Shown here piece by piece: positions 9,266-21,409 of a DNA stretch of 64,000 nt; within the stretch, counting starts at the first letter, position 1, and the number at the start of each line of letters is the position of its first letter. The notes beneath the pieces were generated by a model that was not told the origin of the DNA, did not search any database, and saw only the letters and a program-made list of their open reading frames with translations. This stretch comes from a virus (Duplodnaviria > Caudoviricetes): IMG/VR virus record IMGVR_UViG_3300047567_000025, positions 128,001 through 192,000 of that record; one strand, 5' to 3'. Both the position numbers and the translations under genes were made by a program.

Positions 9266-9305
9266 ACGGGGGCTGTTGCCCCCGTCACCGAAATTATTTT
9301 TTTAT
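9266..9305. terminator. Bidirectional terminator ending accessory cassette A
   Basis: ACGGGGGC-tgtt-GCCCCCGT with A/T tracts; flanks nearly identical to those at 23378-23418. Confidence 0.8.
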
Positions 9306-12300
9306 TTAAATAATACGAATTGGTTTAGTATTAGGAAATGTCGAATGCAGCCACATGCCATTATATGATTTATCAATAATGACATATACACCGGTCTTTA
9401 TAAATGATATAATTTTCACAGTATTATCAATATCATCAATATTTCCATCTGATTTTTTAGATATATATAATGTAAAATATCGAGAGCTAAATCCAGACGC
9501 AAATATTACAAAATCATTAGTATCGCTTCTGACATTGAGTTTGATATGCTGGTTATTTATTAATTCCATTCTATCGCGATGAGTTGTTAAAAATAAAGGA
9601 TTTGTTGTCTCTTCATACCGCCATATATTATCAAATAATTTAATAATATCTATATTTGGTATGTCGACTAATCCTAACGATTGAACTGTCTCGTGATTTA
9701 AAGAAATGCCATTTATCGATGGAATATTATATAATGTATTATAGTCAATAGATCCTTCAGGATCATTATATGACAACCCCATCAATATGTCATCTTCGAT
9801 ATCTCGGTTGTTTGTATCTGATATAATATTACCAATATAATCCTGTATTGGATGATGCTGATTTGCATTAAACATATATCGGATATCTTGTTTAGTTATA
9901 TTGGAATTACTTAGTAAAGCCAATTTATATGATGAAAAGGCTTTACCATTCAAATCAACATAAACGTTACCTTTCCGTATGATATTGGAATCCTTCGTAT
10001 CATCAACAAGTTCAACTAATTCAAAATTGTGTAATGACCTGAGGTTGCATAGCTGAAGAGTTGTTGGTGATAATATAATCAAGTCTTTGCTATTATTAAT
10101 ATATCGCCCATTTATCCAAAATTCATATCTATCGCGTGATAATGGTGTTGGTATATATCCAGTAACATCAATGAATCCATTTTCAGGAATTATATGTGCT
10201 GAATATCTGCAAATTCCAATATAGTTAGACTTAATTAATTTAACATCAGGATTTATAGATGTATCTATAGACAATCTGTTTGTATGTGAGTTTCTGCGAA
10301 TATCCGATAATGGCAATCTGATTTTATTTTTTGTATCGAAATAATATTCGAATGGATTAAATATAGCGCTGTTGTTAATCATAACAACATCACTGGAAGT
10401 CTTCTCATATTTATTGTTAAATATGATTTTTGTTTGCTTGCTTGTATCGATTGTATTATCATCATGCGGTACAAATATGCATTCGTTTGGTATTTCTTTA
10501 TGTATTGCCAATGAACTTGGTATCCGCATCCATGCACCTTTATCATCAATCAAGTTTTCCTTATCAAATGATATTTTTACCGTTATAATACCGCCACATG
10601 TTTTATACATATCATCTTTGAAAACAGTGCATATGAATTCACCTGCAACTACTTTGTCCATTGATGAGTTCGTTATCGATATTATTTGTTTATCATCTAT
10701 CAAAGCAGTTACTGCTTCAAACATAATGTTTCCTATATTACCATCATAAACACTACTTTCATTATTTTGAATACATAGTAATTTAATCGTGCGGCCATGT
10801 ATAAATGAATCGATTGGTTGATTGATAGTAACATCATACTTTGGAATTTTAAATTGCATCGTAGACGTTACGTCTTTAAAAGGCAAACGTACATACATAT
10901 CAAATTTTGTGAAATCATATGTAACGCCATTATTATAAATAGACACATCACATAATCTAATCACAGGTGCATTTGTATATTTACCAGTTCTTCTCGGGCG
11001 TATTATATGAAATGAATTTGCAATTGATATATCAGTCGGCGGATTATAACTATCAAAAATATATGATTCATTACAATCAAAATGCTTCCTTATCCGAATA
11101 TTATCGTAAGGATTAGCAGATGATGTTATATCATTTAATGAGTATACTGATTTAAAACGAACATCACATATATTATTAGATGAATGTATATCGTCAAATA
11201 CTTTTGACGACTTATATGAAATATATATTAACAATTCTTTTGACGGAACGAATCCAGATTTTGGGATAATTGATATAGAATGTAATACATTGTTTGTTGA
11301 ATAACTATCACATTCATCGATTTTGACAGCATTAACCATGTTTGTGCTAACTGAATACATATTTGGATTTATCCAGCACTTATGCTCCCAATCATATATG
11401 TATAATTCCAATTTGTCTGTAAATGGTATATCTCCGATATTTGACATAAATGAATGCGACAATTTAGCTCTGCCATTGGCAATATAAACAAGTGCGTCTT
11501 CATATGCACGAACATTATACCATGTTGTCGGTGATTCTAGTTGCTTGATATATGAGTCCATTCGTTTCTGAAACTCTATTTCATGTTCCTTGCCACGCTG
11601 GATTGAGTCAATCTGATTAATAATTCTTTCTCTTTCATAGTCTGTAGTAGCTCGCTCAAGTTGCTCTTTATATAAGACAAGTGCTCTTTCAAAATCAGGT
11701 ATCTTTGCTTCTGAACTACTCTTATACTGCTCAAATGTTTCAATTTCCTGATCCCATACAGCATGATCATTTGGCTCTTCTCTTAAAATAGGATATTTCT
11801 CCGGATTTGTCATAGTATCAAAGTCATGGTTTATCATTTTGATAGTAATTTCATCATCAATGTTATTTATACATCCATTGCCAATATAAATAAATCTATG
11901 TTGCTTATGTTCATCGTCGATAATATTATTTGGTACGAGAGAATTGAAAATCCATTGTAGACGGGTATATACATATGGCATATTGTTTTGCACATATATA
12001 GGATCTCCTGGGACAGAATAAGCATCCTTAACATTCTCATCTGAAATATCAACGTTAATATTTGCTAACGAGTTCGAATAAGTATTGAATGACGTATCGT
12101 TATATTCATCCAGGAAGTTTGATATATTATCAGCAATAATTGAGCATTTAATATTTGTTGTTAAGTAGCGTGTTATTTCATCTTCATCGTCAATACTAAA
12201 CCATTTACATTTTTTAGAATCAACGATTGCTTCAACAAATCCTTTATTTATTGAATGATCTATTGCTGTTATTATTATCGGAAATATATAGCGTTTATCA

Positions 12301-15300
12301 TCCGTAGAGACATATACATGTTGTCCAACATGATATCTACTACCTATAGAAGTAATAGATCCGTTTTCATTAAATGGTATATGAAATACTTGTACTGGCT
12401 TAAAGAATATTTTTTTTGAAACATTTTTTCCAAATTCTTGATTTATAATTCCATTAATAGTCTGATTATTAATAAAGATACGATCGATTGATCCTGGAAG
12501 CAATGACTTTGGCTGTAATATCATCTCAGACGTGTGATCGAGCTGTGTAAAATGATTACCTGCAAGCATTTCATAATTCATATTGCTTGATTTTTTATTA
12601 ACAATTAATCCATCCGGATTTATATCAAATGACTCATGTATATTTTCAATATCAATTTTAATATTGCTAATATTTAAAATCTGTTTAAATTTACCAACGA
12701 CTGTTGCTGACGATGATACCTTGCTAAATGTCAAAGAGCAATCAATTGTTTCTATAGTATTACCAGTTGCATCAATGATATTTAACTTGCATCCAGATAT
12801 TGAATCTCCATTAAAGAATGCATATTCGCATATTTTTATTAAAGAATTAATATAATATTTCCCATCGATCAATTCAACTATTGGCTTGAATATCATAGTG
12901 ATATCACCAATTAAACTTGTTCCGACAGGTGGATAAAAGTGACTATCCCTTGGTAATGTTATTGATGCAAATATTGGCTTTACTTGATAGCTTAGTTGAC
13001 TATCATATGTGATTCTATCAAGGGTATACATGCTAAATATATATTTTTTAAATATTGAATCACAATATTTGACGAGAGGTACTATGTGAGAATAGTGCAA
13101 TGACGTTGTTAAAGATGATAGTAAATTAATCATATCATCTATTACAGGTATTCTTGTATCCTGATATGCTTTACATGATTGACTCAGCTGATCGAATGTT
13201 TCTGCATTAATACCATCTATGATTATTGTGCTATTTGAAATAGCATTACCTAGATTTTTGATCAATTCAGAATCGATCGAATTAAGCCACTGCTTATACT
13301 GGTAAGGATTCATACATGTATTTATCTTCTTTAATGTTAGATATATCTTTCGTGCATAATCCAATATATAATTATCAAATCCTTTGTTTATGTATATTTG
13401 CTTCAGTATTGATAATATACGATTGAAGAATATTATAACCGAGATAGTCTTTCCATTAAATGTACATGTGCCTATTGTATCAATTTTACTTGTCATATCA
13501 TTAAATAATGATATTATTGGATTATTTGTTATGATAGACTCGACAATATTTGATATGGTATAATATTCAAATGAAGTTTCATGATCATGATAATATTTTG
13601 CAATTGCATAAATATGCTTTTGCAATGTTTCAATACCACTTTCGATACGAGAGCGCTGGTTATATGAAATATTATAGTTCGTTTGTAAATCACTGATGTA
13701 ATCATAAACAGAAGATATATATGACATTATTAATTTTGCAATATAGATATCATTATGATATGATTTTGTTTGATATCCATGTGATGATATATCTCTATAT
13801 TGCACGAAATATTGTTTGTCAATGTCAGCATCTGCTATTAACGGATATGATATATTATTGTCATATGAATTAAAAGTATATCTATACAATGATTTTATCG
13901 TCGGCGCGCCTGTATTATCAGTTATGATAGGTAGACCGTAGAACATATATTGACCACTAATCTCTGGTAATTTTGATGAATCAATATCAATTGTATTAGG
14001 AGCTAAAGAAAATTGAGAATAATCGATATCAAATGAATCCTTTCCATCAAACAGTTGACTGATACAGATATCAGAATATCTATTGCTAAATTTATTATGC
14101 GTTAACGAATTAAGAAAAAACGATTGAAGTTTATCTTCATTATCATATAACATGGATAATGTATAATAAAGAAAATTAATCGCAAATGGAGCACGATCGT
14201 CATCTTCACCCGCATGAATATTATCAGATGTAATGTTAGATACTTCGTAATTGATATCAGATGGATAAATATCAATGATGTCATCACCTGATATTTTTCT
14301 TTTAAGTATTTTAGAAAGTACCTGTGTACATGTTTCACCATCATATTTATTATATAACATCTTTGATATCTTGAGCAATTTATTCTCGGCATACCAATAA
14401 CGGATGTATCCAATATGATTATTTACTTCTGAATAGAATGCATCAAAATCTAATACGGTGTTCATATCAAGCGGATTTACATCTTTCTCTATAGGAGATT
14501 TTGTATCAGTATATAGCACGAAGAATTTAAATATTTCATCACCAGCAAGATTTTCATCAATGTAGAATGCGTTTTGAATACCATTGAAGTGTTTAATCAA
14601 AGGCGATGCAAATAGCCAACATTCTTCAGTACGACTATATTGCATTGTAATAAAGCATTGTTCTGTTACAGGACGATTGAAACGAGTGAAATTTTCATTT
14701 ACAAAATAATTATTTGATAAATTACTTAAATTTGCGAAGTTTGCTAATGTATTATTTCTGAATGGCTTTGTTATTGTATTAACAAATATCTGATAATTAT
14801 TATCGTAGAATTCATCAATAACATATTTCTGAAGGTCGGTAATTGATGTAACCTTGCGAAGCTCATCTATGTTATCCAATAACGTTGCAAACAATGTGAT
14901 TGATTCAGTTGATACTAACGATGTTAATATACTACCTTGCAGATAATCATTGTAACATTTCGAAAGGTCATCATAAATATCATTTAAAGGATATATTATG
15001 TCTTCATACAGATGATTATCATCTAATGAATTATAATGTATAGCACTTCCGATATTTCTAAATGATGAATCATATTTTATCATTCGATTGTACATGTCGA
15101 GACAATTTAAAATAATTTTAAATGATAAATTGATTGGTCTATCTAGTACTATAGGAGGTGTGCATACTTCAAGTGCATTAATATTGTTTGCTGAGCTAGC
15201 AACTATCTTATTTCCATCAACATCAACGACTCTACTTTCATCGTCTGTGAATACATGTCGTGAATCTATAATATCATAATAATTACAAGCAGGATATACA

Positions 15301-16262
15301 TTAGGTACTTCATGCAAATATCTAAATATATATATTACGGCAGTAACTGTTTCTGATTTATAATGAGATATATCATCCAATGTTCGTTTTTGTATATTAT
15401 TAATAGATAAGCCTGAATCATTAAAGATGCCATAGTTCGGAACACTTGGTACTGTTTTCGAGAAATCTTTATCATATATATTTATCAGACATTTCATATC
15501 TGACACATTAATATTATCATTAAGATTATTCAATTGCGAAAATGGAATCTTTCCTTCCAAAATATAGGATGAATCTATATCATATGATCTAACAAGAGAT
15601 TCATCCAGCTTATATATAATAAAATCAACATCAGCAGAATATTTCCAGCCAATCTTAAACTTAAAGCCTTTGTCATCAATCGCAATCATGCAATCGTTAC
15701 ATATAAATCCATTTACGGTACATAATATTGTGAATCCCAATATGTCTGATATATCGCTCATCACAAATTCATTTATTGGAATAAAATATTCATTTTCTGT
15801 AGTATGCATTTTGCATAACTTTTGACGAATAAATTCATCTCTATCTCCAAAATGTAATTGATTAAAAGGGACATCAATCATATAGTAATGAGCCGATTTA
15901 TCCATATACACATGATCTCGATCCATATTATTACAATGAAACATGACTGCATGCGTATTTACCAACATACTACTCATTGCATTTTTTAAAGAGATATCGT
16001 ATGTTTCAATTAATGATTGATTTATATCCTCGAATGTATAATTTGATCGACTCATTAAGTCTATAAGTCTATCAAAGCCTGCGTTGTTTCCTACAACACC
16101 AAATGGTTGCTCACTTAATAATTGTGATGACATGTCTATGAGTGTTTTATAACGTTCACCAACATCAATAGCTTTAGTATCATTATATGATTCTTTACCA
16201 TCACGAATACCTGTCAAATACCGATGTTGCTCATAAAACCATTTATTGTAGTTCATTATCAT
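9306..16262 (-). CDS. Giant (2318 aa) probable virion structural protein
   Basis: Very long ORF; short coiled coil; YNTLYNIPSINGISL motif near the C-terminus; no enzymatic motifs recognised. Confidence 0.6.
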   Translation of the reverse strand: MIMNYNKWFYEQHRYLTGIRDGKESYNDTKAIDVGERYKTLIDMSSQLLSEQPFGVVGNNAGFDRLIDLMSRSNYTFEDINQSLIETYDISLKNAMSSMLVNTHAVMFHCNNMDRDHVYMDKSAHYYMIDVPFNQLHFGDRDEFIRQKLCKMHTTENEYFIPINEFVMSDISDILGFTILCTVNGFICNDCMIAIDDKGFKFKIGWKYSADVDFIIYKLDESLVRSYDIDSSYILEGKIPFSQLNNLNDNINVSDMKCLINIYDKDFSKTVPSVPNYGIFNDSGLSINNIQKRTLDDISHYKSETVTAVIYIFRYLHEVPNVYPACNYYDIIDSRHVFTDDESRVVDVDGNKIVASSANNINALEVCTPPIVLDRPINLSFKIILNCLDMYNRMIKYDSSFRNIGSAIHYNSLDDNHLYEDIIYPLNDIYDDLSKCYNDYLQGSILTSLVSTESITLFATLLDNIDELRKVTSITDLQKYVIDEFYDNNYQIFVNTITKPFRNNTLANFANLSNLSNNYFVNENFTRFNRPVTEQCFITMQYSRTEECWLFASPLIKHFNGIQNAFYIDENLAGDEIFKFFVLYTDTKSPIEKDVNPLDMNTVLDFDAFYSEVNNHIGYIRYWYAENKLLKISKMLYNKYDGETCTQVLSKILKRKISGDDIIDIYPSDINYEVSNITSDNIHAGEDDDRAPFAINFLYYTLSMLYDNEDKLQSFFLNSLTHNKFSNRYSDICISQLFDGKDSFDIDYSQFSLAPNTIDIDSSKLPEISGQYMFYGLPIITDNTGAPTIKSLYRYTFNSYDNNISYPLIADADIDKQYFVQYRDISSHGYQTKSYHNDIYIAKLIMSYISSVYDYISDLQTNYNISYNQRSRIESGIETLQKHIYAIAKYYHDHETSFEYYTISNIVESIITNNPIISLFNDMTSKIDTIGTCTFNGKTISVIIFFNRILSILKQIYINKGFDNYILDYARKIYLTLKKINTCMNPYQYKQWLNSIDSELIKNLGNAISNSTIIIDGINAETFDQLSQSCKAYQDTRIPVIDDMINLLSSLTTSLHYSHIVPLVKYCDSIFKKYIFSMYTLDRITYDSQLSYQVKPIFASITLPRDSHFYPPVGTSLIGDITMIFKPIVELIDGKYYINSLIKICEYAFFNGDSISGCKLNIIDATGNTIETIDCSLTFSKVSSSATVVGKFKQILNISNIKIDIENIHESFDINPDGLIVNKKSSNMNYEMLAGNHFTQLDHTSEMILQPKSLLPGSIDRIFINNQTINGIINQEFGKNVSKKIFFKPVQVFHIPFNENGSITSIGSRYHVGQHVYVSTDDKRYIFPIIITAIDHSINKGFVEAIVDSKKCKWFSIDDEDEITRYLTTNIKCSIIADNISNFLDEYNDTSFNTYSNSLANINVDISDENVKDAYSVPGDPIYVQNNMPYVYTRLQWIFNSLVPNNIIDDEHKQHRFIYIGNGCINNIDDEITIKMINHDFDTMTNPEKYPILREEPNDHAVWDQEIETFEQYKSSSEAKIPDFERALVLYKEQLERATTDYERERIINQIDSIQRGKEHEIEFQKRMDSYIKQLESPTTWYNVRAYEDALVYIANGRAKLSHSFMSNIGDIPFTDKLELYIYDWEHKCWINPNMYSVSTNMVNAVKIDECDSYSTNNVLHSISIIPKSGFVPSKELLIYISYKSSKVFDDIHSSNNICDVRFKSVYSLNDITSSANPYDNIRIRKHFDCNESYIFDSYNPPTDISIANSFHIIRPRRTGKYTNAPVIRLCDVSIYNNGVTYDFTKFDMYVRLPFKDVTSTMQFKIPKYDVTINQPIDSFIHGRTIKLLCIQNNESSVYDGNIGNIMFEAVTALIDDKQIISITNSSMDKVVAGEFICTVFKDDMYKTCGGIITVKISFDKENLIDDKGAWMRIPSSLAIHKEIPNECIFVPHDDNTIDTSKQTKIIFNNKYEKTSSDVVMINNSAIFNPFEYYFDTKNKIRLPLSDIRRNSHTNRLSIDTSINPDVKLIKSNYIGICRYSAHIIPENGFIDVTGYIPTPLSRDRYEFWINGRYINNSKDLIILSPTTLQLCNLRSLHNFELVELVDDTKDSNIIRKGNVYVDLNGKAFSSYKLALLSNSNITKQDIRYMFNANQHHPIQDYIGNIISDTNNRDIEDDILMGLSYNDPEGSIDYNTLYNIPSINGISLNHETVQSLGLVDIPNIDIIKLFDNIWRYEETTNPLFLTTHRDRMELINNQHIKLNVRSDTNDFVIFASGFSSRYFTLYISKKSDGNIDDIDNTVKIISFIKTGVYVIIDKSYNGMWLHSTFPNTKPIRII

Positions 16263-16311
16263 TATCTAATCATCCTCTCCTGTTATATCAAAGACTTACT
16301 GATTCGTTTAT

Positions 16312-16613
16312 ATTTCTATTTCTATTTTTTTATTTTCTAAACATATATTTTTATAATGTAGGGGTTGATGTAATATAGTGATAATTACATCAATGGAAAA
16401 GGTGAGGATATTAGACTAATTAAAGATTAGAAAGCTAAATAAGCTAATAAGCTTAATAAGCTAATATTACTATTTCTTAATTTCTATTTTTTTATTTTCT
16501 AAACATATATTTTTATAATGTAGGGGTTGATGTAATATAGTGATAATTACATCAATGGAAAAGTTGTGATATTAACTAATTAAAGATTAGAAAGCTAAGT
16601 AAGCTAATATTAC
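16312..16613 (+). repeat. Cluster 2 of the ~145-bp repeat (2 copies)
   Basis: Same core at ~16335 and ~16497. Confidence 0.97.
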
Positions 16614-16643
16614 AAATATAATACTAAAAGGAGTAAATAAGTA

Positions 16644-17003
16644 ATGTATGATTTGACGTTTAAAGTTAAGCAACATGGAACATATCAGGGAATGACGTAT
16701 ATTATATTTTCATCGGCATCCGGATACTATAGATGCTATATAGGAATTCCCCAAAAGCAATGGCATGATGAAATCATCTATACTAAATTTAATAAAAGAA
16801 TGACTATAGGTGATAGATTTCTCAAAAGGCAATATCCCAATTTATCATTAAAAGATATTGATAATATTTGGATGTGTTTTGTTGCAAATAGTGATACTTC
16901 ATATGATAATTATGATAACACAAAAGATTTTGACCGATATATGTTGCATGAATGTCATGATGTGATAAATCGTATCATAGATGTTACCGATAATGCACAT
17001 TGA
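16644..17003 (+). CDS. Hypothetical protein (119 aa)
   Basis: SD AAGGAG; follows repeat cluster 2. Confidence 0.7.
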   Translation: MYDLTFKVKQHGTYQGMTYIIFSSASGYYRCYIGIPQKQWHDEIIYTKFNKRMTIGDRFLKRQYPNLSLKDIDNIWMCFVANSDTSYDNYDNTKDFDRYMLHECHDVINRIIDVTDNAH

Positions 17004-17015
17004 CAAAAAATATGT

Positions 17016-17040
17016 ATTGGGGGCTTAATAGCCCCCAATA
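17016..17040. terminator. Bidirectional terminator
   Basis: TATTGGGGGCT-taat-AGCCCCCAATA between convergent genes. Confidence 0.8.
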
Positions 17041-17043
17041 TAA

Positions 17044-20000
17044 TTATTTACTTTCCCATATTTTTCGCATTTTATTTTTTGTTTCAATCAAGACTTTGTT
17101 TGCTGATGCTGTTATCATTACAGAAGGTATCATACGTTTAAATATCGATGCTGGTGCAACAAACATAGATATTTCCTCTTCAGGCTTTCCCTCAGCATAA
17201 GGTTCAAGTCCTTCTGGAATTACCTCTGAAATTATTTGCTTAGAAGCACCATATGCAACTGCTTTATCACCAGTTGATGCTTCATCACTATGCTCAATAT
17301 ATATTTCGATAAGAATATCACATGTTATTCCTTTTATAGTAGATCCTTTTAGTGGTTCTGTTGGTAAAGAATATAATGTATCCAGCTTATATACCGAATC
17401 ACTTTTATCATATTTATCAAGTATTTTTCTTTTTCGTTTATTTGTGTTGAAATAATCCTCAAATAATTTAAATAGTGAAGGCGACAACTTGTCCATACTT
17501 TTAACAGTATACATACGGACATCAACAACAGTACCTGCATGTTTAGCCTTCATGATTCGTTTTGCTGCGTTAATTATATTATTATTATTAGATTTATCGG
17601 TATTATTTTGAAATGCTTTAAGAAAATTATCAACAGAGGTATCACCTGTATTTCCCAAGCCAAATACAATTAATGGATCATTGATTTCAACTTCGTCACC
17701 AACTTTTACAATTGATTCAATATCATCTGTTACATCTATTTTCATAGACTCCATCATCGTTAAATTTGTTTTAAGAAGCTTTGACATCTTTGTTGTAATA
17801 ATACCAGCATCTTCGTATGTTGAATATATACCAGTAAAAGCAATTTTTGCCATAGGTCCAATATTCATACGAACAAGTCCTGCAGAATCCTTATGGAAGA
17901 ACTTCTCATGATATGCTAATATGTCATTCTTTTTAAATTTATCATTAACTTCGAAATTTGATTGTAACCTATTATTTACATAAAAGCCGGAGCCTGTATT
18001 GAATGAATATTTATTATCAACGTTGATAGCTTGTTTCTTGCCATTCTTATACTGTACGACCATATATCCATCTGCAATTTCTAGTACAGTTCCATCATCT
18101 TGTGCTGTTACTGCAAATTCATCTGATAGATATGTTGGTACGATTTCATCAACTCCATTAGAAACGATAGCTGGTTCAGCACCATCTGTTGATAGGATAT
18201 GCGATGTTTGTGATGTAGCGATTGCTGTACGAATAGAATCATCTCGTGTTACCGTTCCAGGTGTCAATAATTCTGAGAATGATGCTAATTGTAAATCATT
18301 GAAATCTGTTTCAATTCCATCTGTTGACGTATATCCTCTGACAGATTCTATTTTTGGGTCAGCAACAAGCTGTCTTGTTATACCAACCGTACCATTATTA
18401 GGTGATGATATTGCCATTTTACCAATCATGGTGCTATCATATGTTCGCTTATCAAGTGAATATGCACGATCGTCATTTACACCTTTGAAACCTTTCTTAG
18501 TTATATTCTCTTTTGAATGCAATTCGACCATTGGATTTAAAGCTGATGATGGCTCAACGTTTGGAACTGCCAATAATTCATTAATTACTTCATTTGGATT
18601 AAATGCTAATGAATTACCACGTGTTTTAGAGCCAATATTATTATTGTATCTTGAGATTGCAACTGCTAATCTGTAATGTATTATAGCAGGGATTATTTCA
18701 GATGAGCGTATACGATACAACGATGAGGCATTCTCATTAGTATAGTTATTATCAGCTAATAAATTTGATGCATATATCAACATTCCAGTTATATCATTCG
18801 GAATATTATAATGACTACATACATCTTCAGTTATAGCATCAACAAAGAAATTATAATATGTAATAAATGTTGTTAGCTGTGAATACTGTTTAAAGAATTG
18901 CTGATTGAATATATCGACAAATACAGAATTAGTATTCATGATTGGAATATCAAAATCAGACACATTAAATGCTTTAGTATTAATACGATAGAAACCATTA
19001 AAGATTAATTGATTTGCTATAGTATTTGCTATGGCAAGCGTTTTATCCTTAAATGGAATACGTAAATAACCCGTATCATCAAAAGAACTATCAACAAATT
19101 GATATTTACATCCAGCTTTTTTTAGTATAGTGCTTAAACCTTCCCATGCTGTTATTGCAACACCTAATGGTACTGTTACACCAATCGTAATTTCAGAAAT
19201 ACATTGAAAGCTTTCCTGGTTTGATTTTTTTATATGTCCCTTTAAGTTCATCTGGTAAAGTATTAAATATAACGTCAGTTAAAGTTATGCCATCTCTAGT
19301 CAATCCTGTTTCTGTGTTAATAACAATTGGTACTTTATTAATCATGCCACAGCAGAACTCATTGTTTTGGACATTTACAAATGTATATGATTTTAAACAT
19401 TGCTGTCTGTTAAAGTATATTTCACATGCACTATCTGTATTAATATATGAAAACCATTTTCTTGCATATTCATCATATTCTATCGTGGAAACGAACCTAG
19501 AATTTGCAGATGTTGAAGATCCATTTTTTACATATTTATTACGACCGGATTCATCAGTTGCTGATTCGATTGTTTTCATCATAATGCTTAAATCAACCAA
19601 TGATCTAGTGTCATACCTATTGACTGTAATCTTATTGTAGTTACTCGTTAAAATAACTTTTTTCTTATTTATTTTGAGTATTGGTATAGGAAAATCTTGC
19701 TTTCCAATATTATACCAAATTCCATTATTATAAAACCTACCATTCATTACTCTTGGAACTCGTATATTTATAATCGATTGCATTCCAGATTGTTTATTTT
19801 TTAGAGTAACCTTCCAGTTATTTGTTAATGAAGTAATCGTACTAACATCAGTAACTTCGACATTAGTCACATAAAATCCATCTGGCAATTTCGAAAGATT
19901 CATAAAGGTAGCTACAATATCTCTATCCATAAGATTATCTTCATATGCTTTTGATATATTTGCAAAAGATGAGCCTCTTACAGAACCTCTATTCGTTGTC

Positions 20001-21331
20001 GTTATTTTCAATGGTGTTAATGGTGCTGGTTTTGGTATATCTGTTATAGATGTGAGTTTATTAAATGTCACATTGTTTAATTTAAGCTGTCCAATTTGCG
20101 TTCTAATCTTTAGCTCTCGTGCAGATGTTGTTGTATTCATAACATTTGTAGCATTTATAGGAGAAGCATCCTTTTCAATCTTTTTAGAAGCGTCTTTTAT
20201 TAGTTTTTCTTCAACCGGATTATCTGACGAATTAATCAATTCTTCTGTAAGTTTCTTATAATTGCTGATGGAATCACTATCAGGAGTTATACGATGAATT
20301 AACTCAGCATTGATATTCAATGTCTTCGCGTTATATAAACTATTTGGTGTACTAATATTATCGTTAAGATGATTTGTTTTGCCATATTTAGCTGCTAATA
20401 ATTCAATTGATGATTTAACAGAATCTGCTGTTGATTTGTTTGATTCTTTAACACCAACGATTTCACCATCTTCTATATCAACATCATCAAGTGAATCAGA
20501 ACTATCATCATCATCAGTATCACCATCATTTTCCGTTGAAAATGAATCTATACTATCACCTGCTTCTTCATTGCTAGTAGCACTCATTTCCATAGGTTTT
20601 CCTATTTCATTAATAACCGATTTTAATTGAATTATATCATTATTATTTAATAATGATAAATCTAATCGATAATCAGCATCTGGTGATCGGAATATAATTA
20701 TAATTGGTAATGGCTTAATCATATCACGATTGTTAAGAATATATGCAGAAAGCAATGCATTGATAACATCTGTTTTGAATGTACTTCTTATTGGATTCTG
20801 ATATATACCAAATCTCTTTGTATCTATAATAAGTACTTTCTGTTTAGAAAAGTTAAATATATTCATTATCTTTGAAAATATATCAAATATATTAGACTGA
20901 ATATACTCTATGCTAAATGATCTGATATGTTGTGTCATTGCTAATATTACTTCTGACATTGGTATATAAATATTATCAGTTATCGTTTTTGGATAAGGCG
21001 GCTTTATATTGGTTAATCTCGGAAGAATATTTTGAGCATTAAGATACATTAGTTTCTTATTATAATCATTTGAATTAACATTAAATCGAAATTGTTTTAT
21101 TCCAATTTTCTCATTAATATTGCTTGGGATTATGATATCTTTATAATCACTTTTAGGGGCTGGCATATGCTTTATTAATTCAATATCATATTCATAAGAA
21201 TCTGATAATAAAAATATCGAGGCATCTTTTTTTTGAGCAGGAAGCTGAAGACGCATCTTATTTGCTGATAAATTATTACCAAATGTAAAACTTGTTGCTT
21301 CTTGAAAATAATGTTTCATTAAATAAATCAC
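17044..21331 (-). CDS. Multisubunit RNA polymerase beta-like subunit (probably of the virion RNAP), interrupted by a +1 frameshift at ~19197
   Basis: C-terminal part has GDKAVAYGASKQIISEVIP (cf. RpoB GDKxxxRHGNKG) and STYEDAGII; the upstream ORF ends ...KLSMYF* while the +1 frame continues SEITIGVTVPLG. Confidence 0.8.
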
Positions 21332-21409
21332 TCCTTATATGAATTTCAGATTATTAATCTTTAAAATATCGTCACTTATGTATTAATATTATCGAGGAGG
21401 ACATTCTAA

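Noticed and set aside
17999-18676. 225-aa + strand ORF and similar shadow ORFs (e.g. 8375..8902, 25368..25862, 57783..58295)
   Set aside because: Antisense shadows of well-supported genes on the opposite strand, with no recognisable motifs
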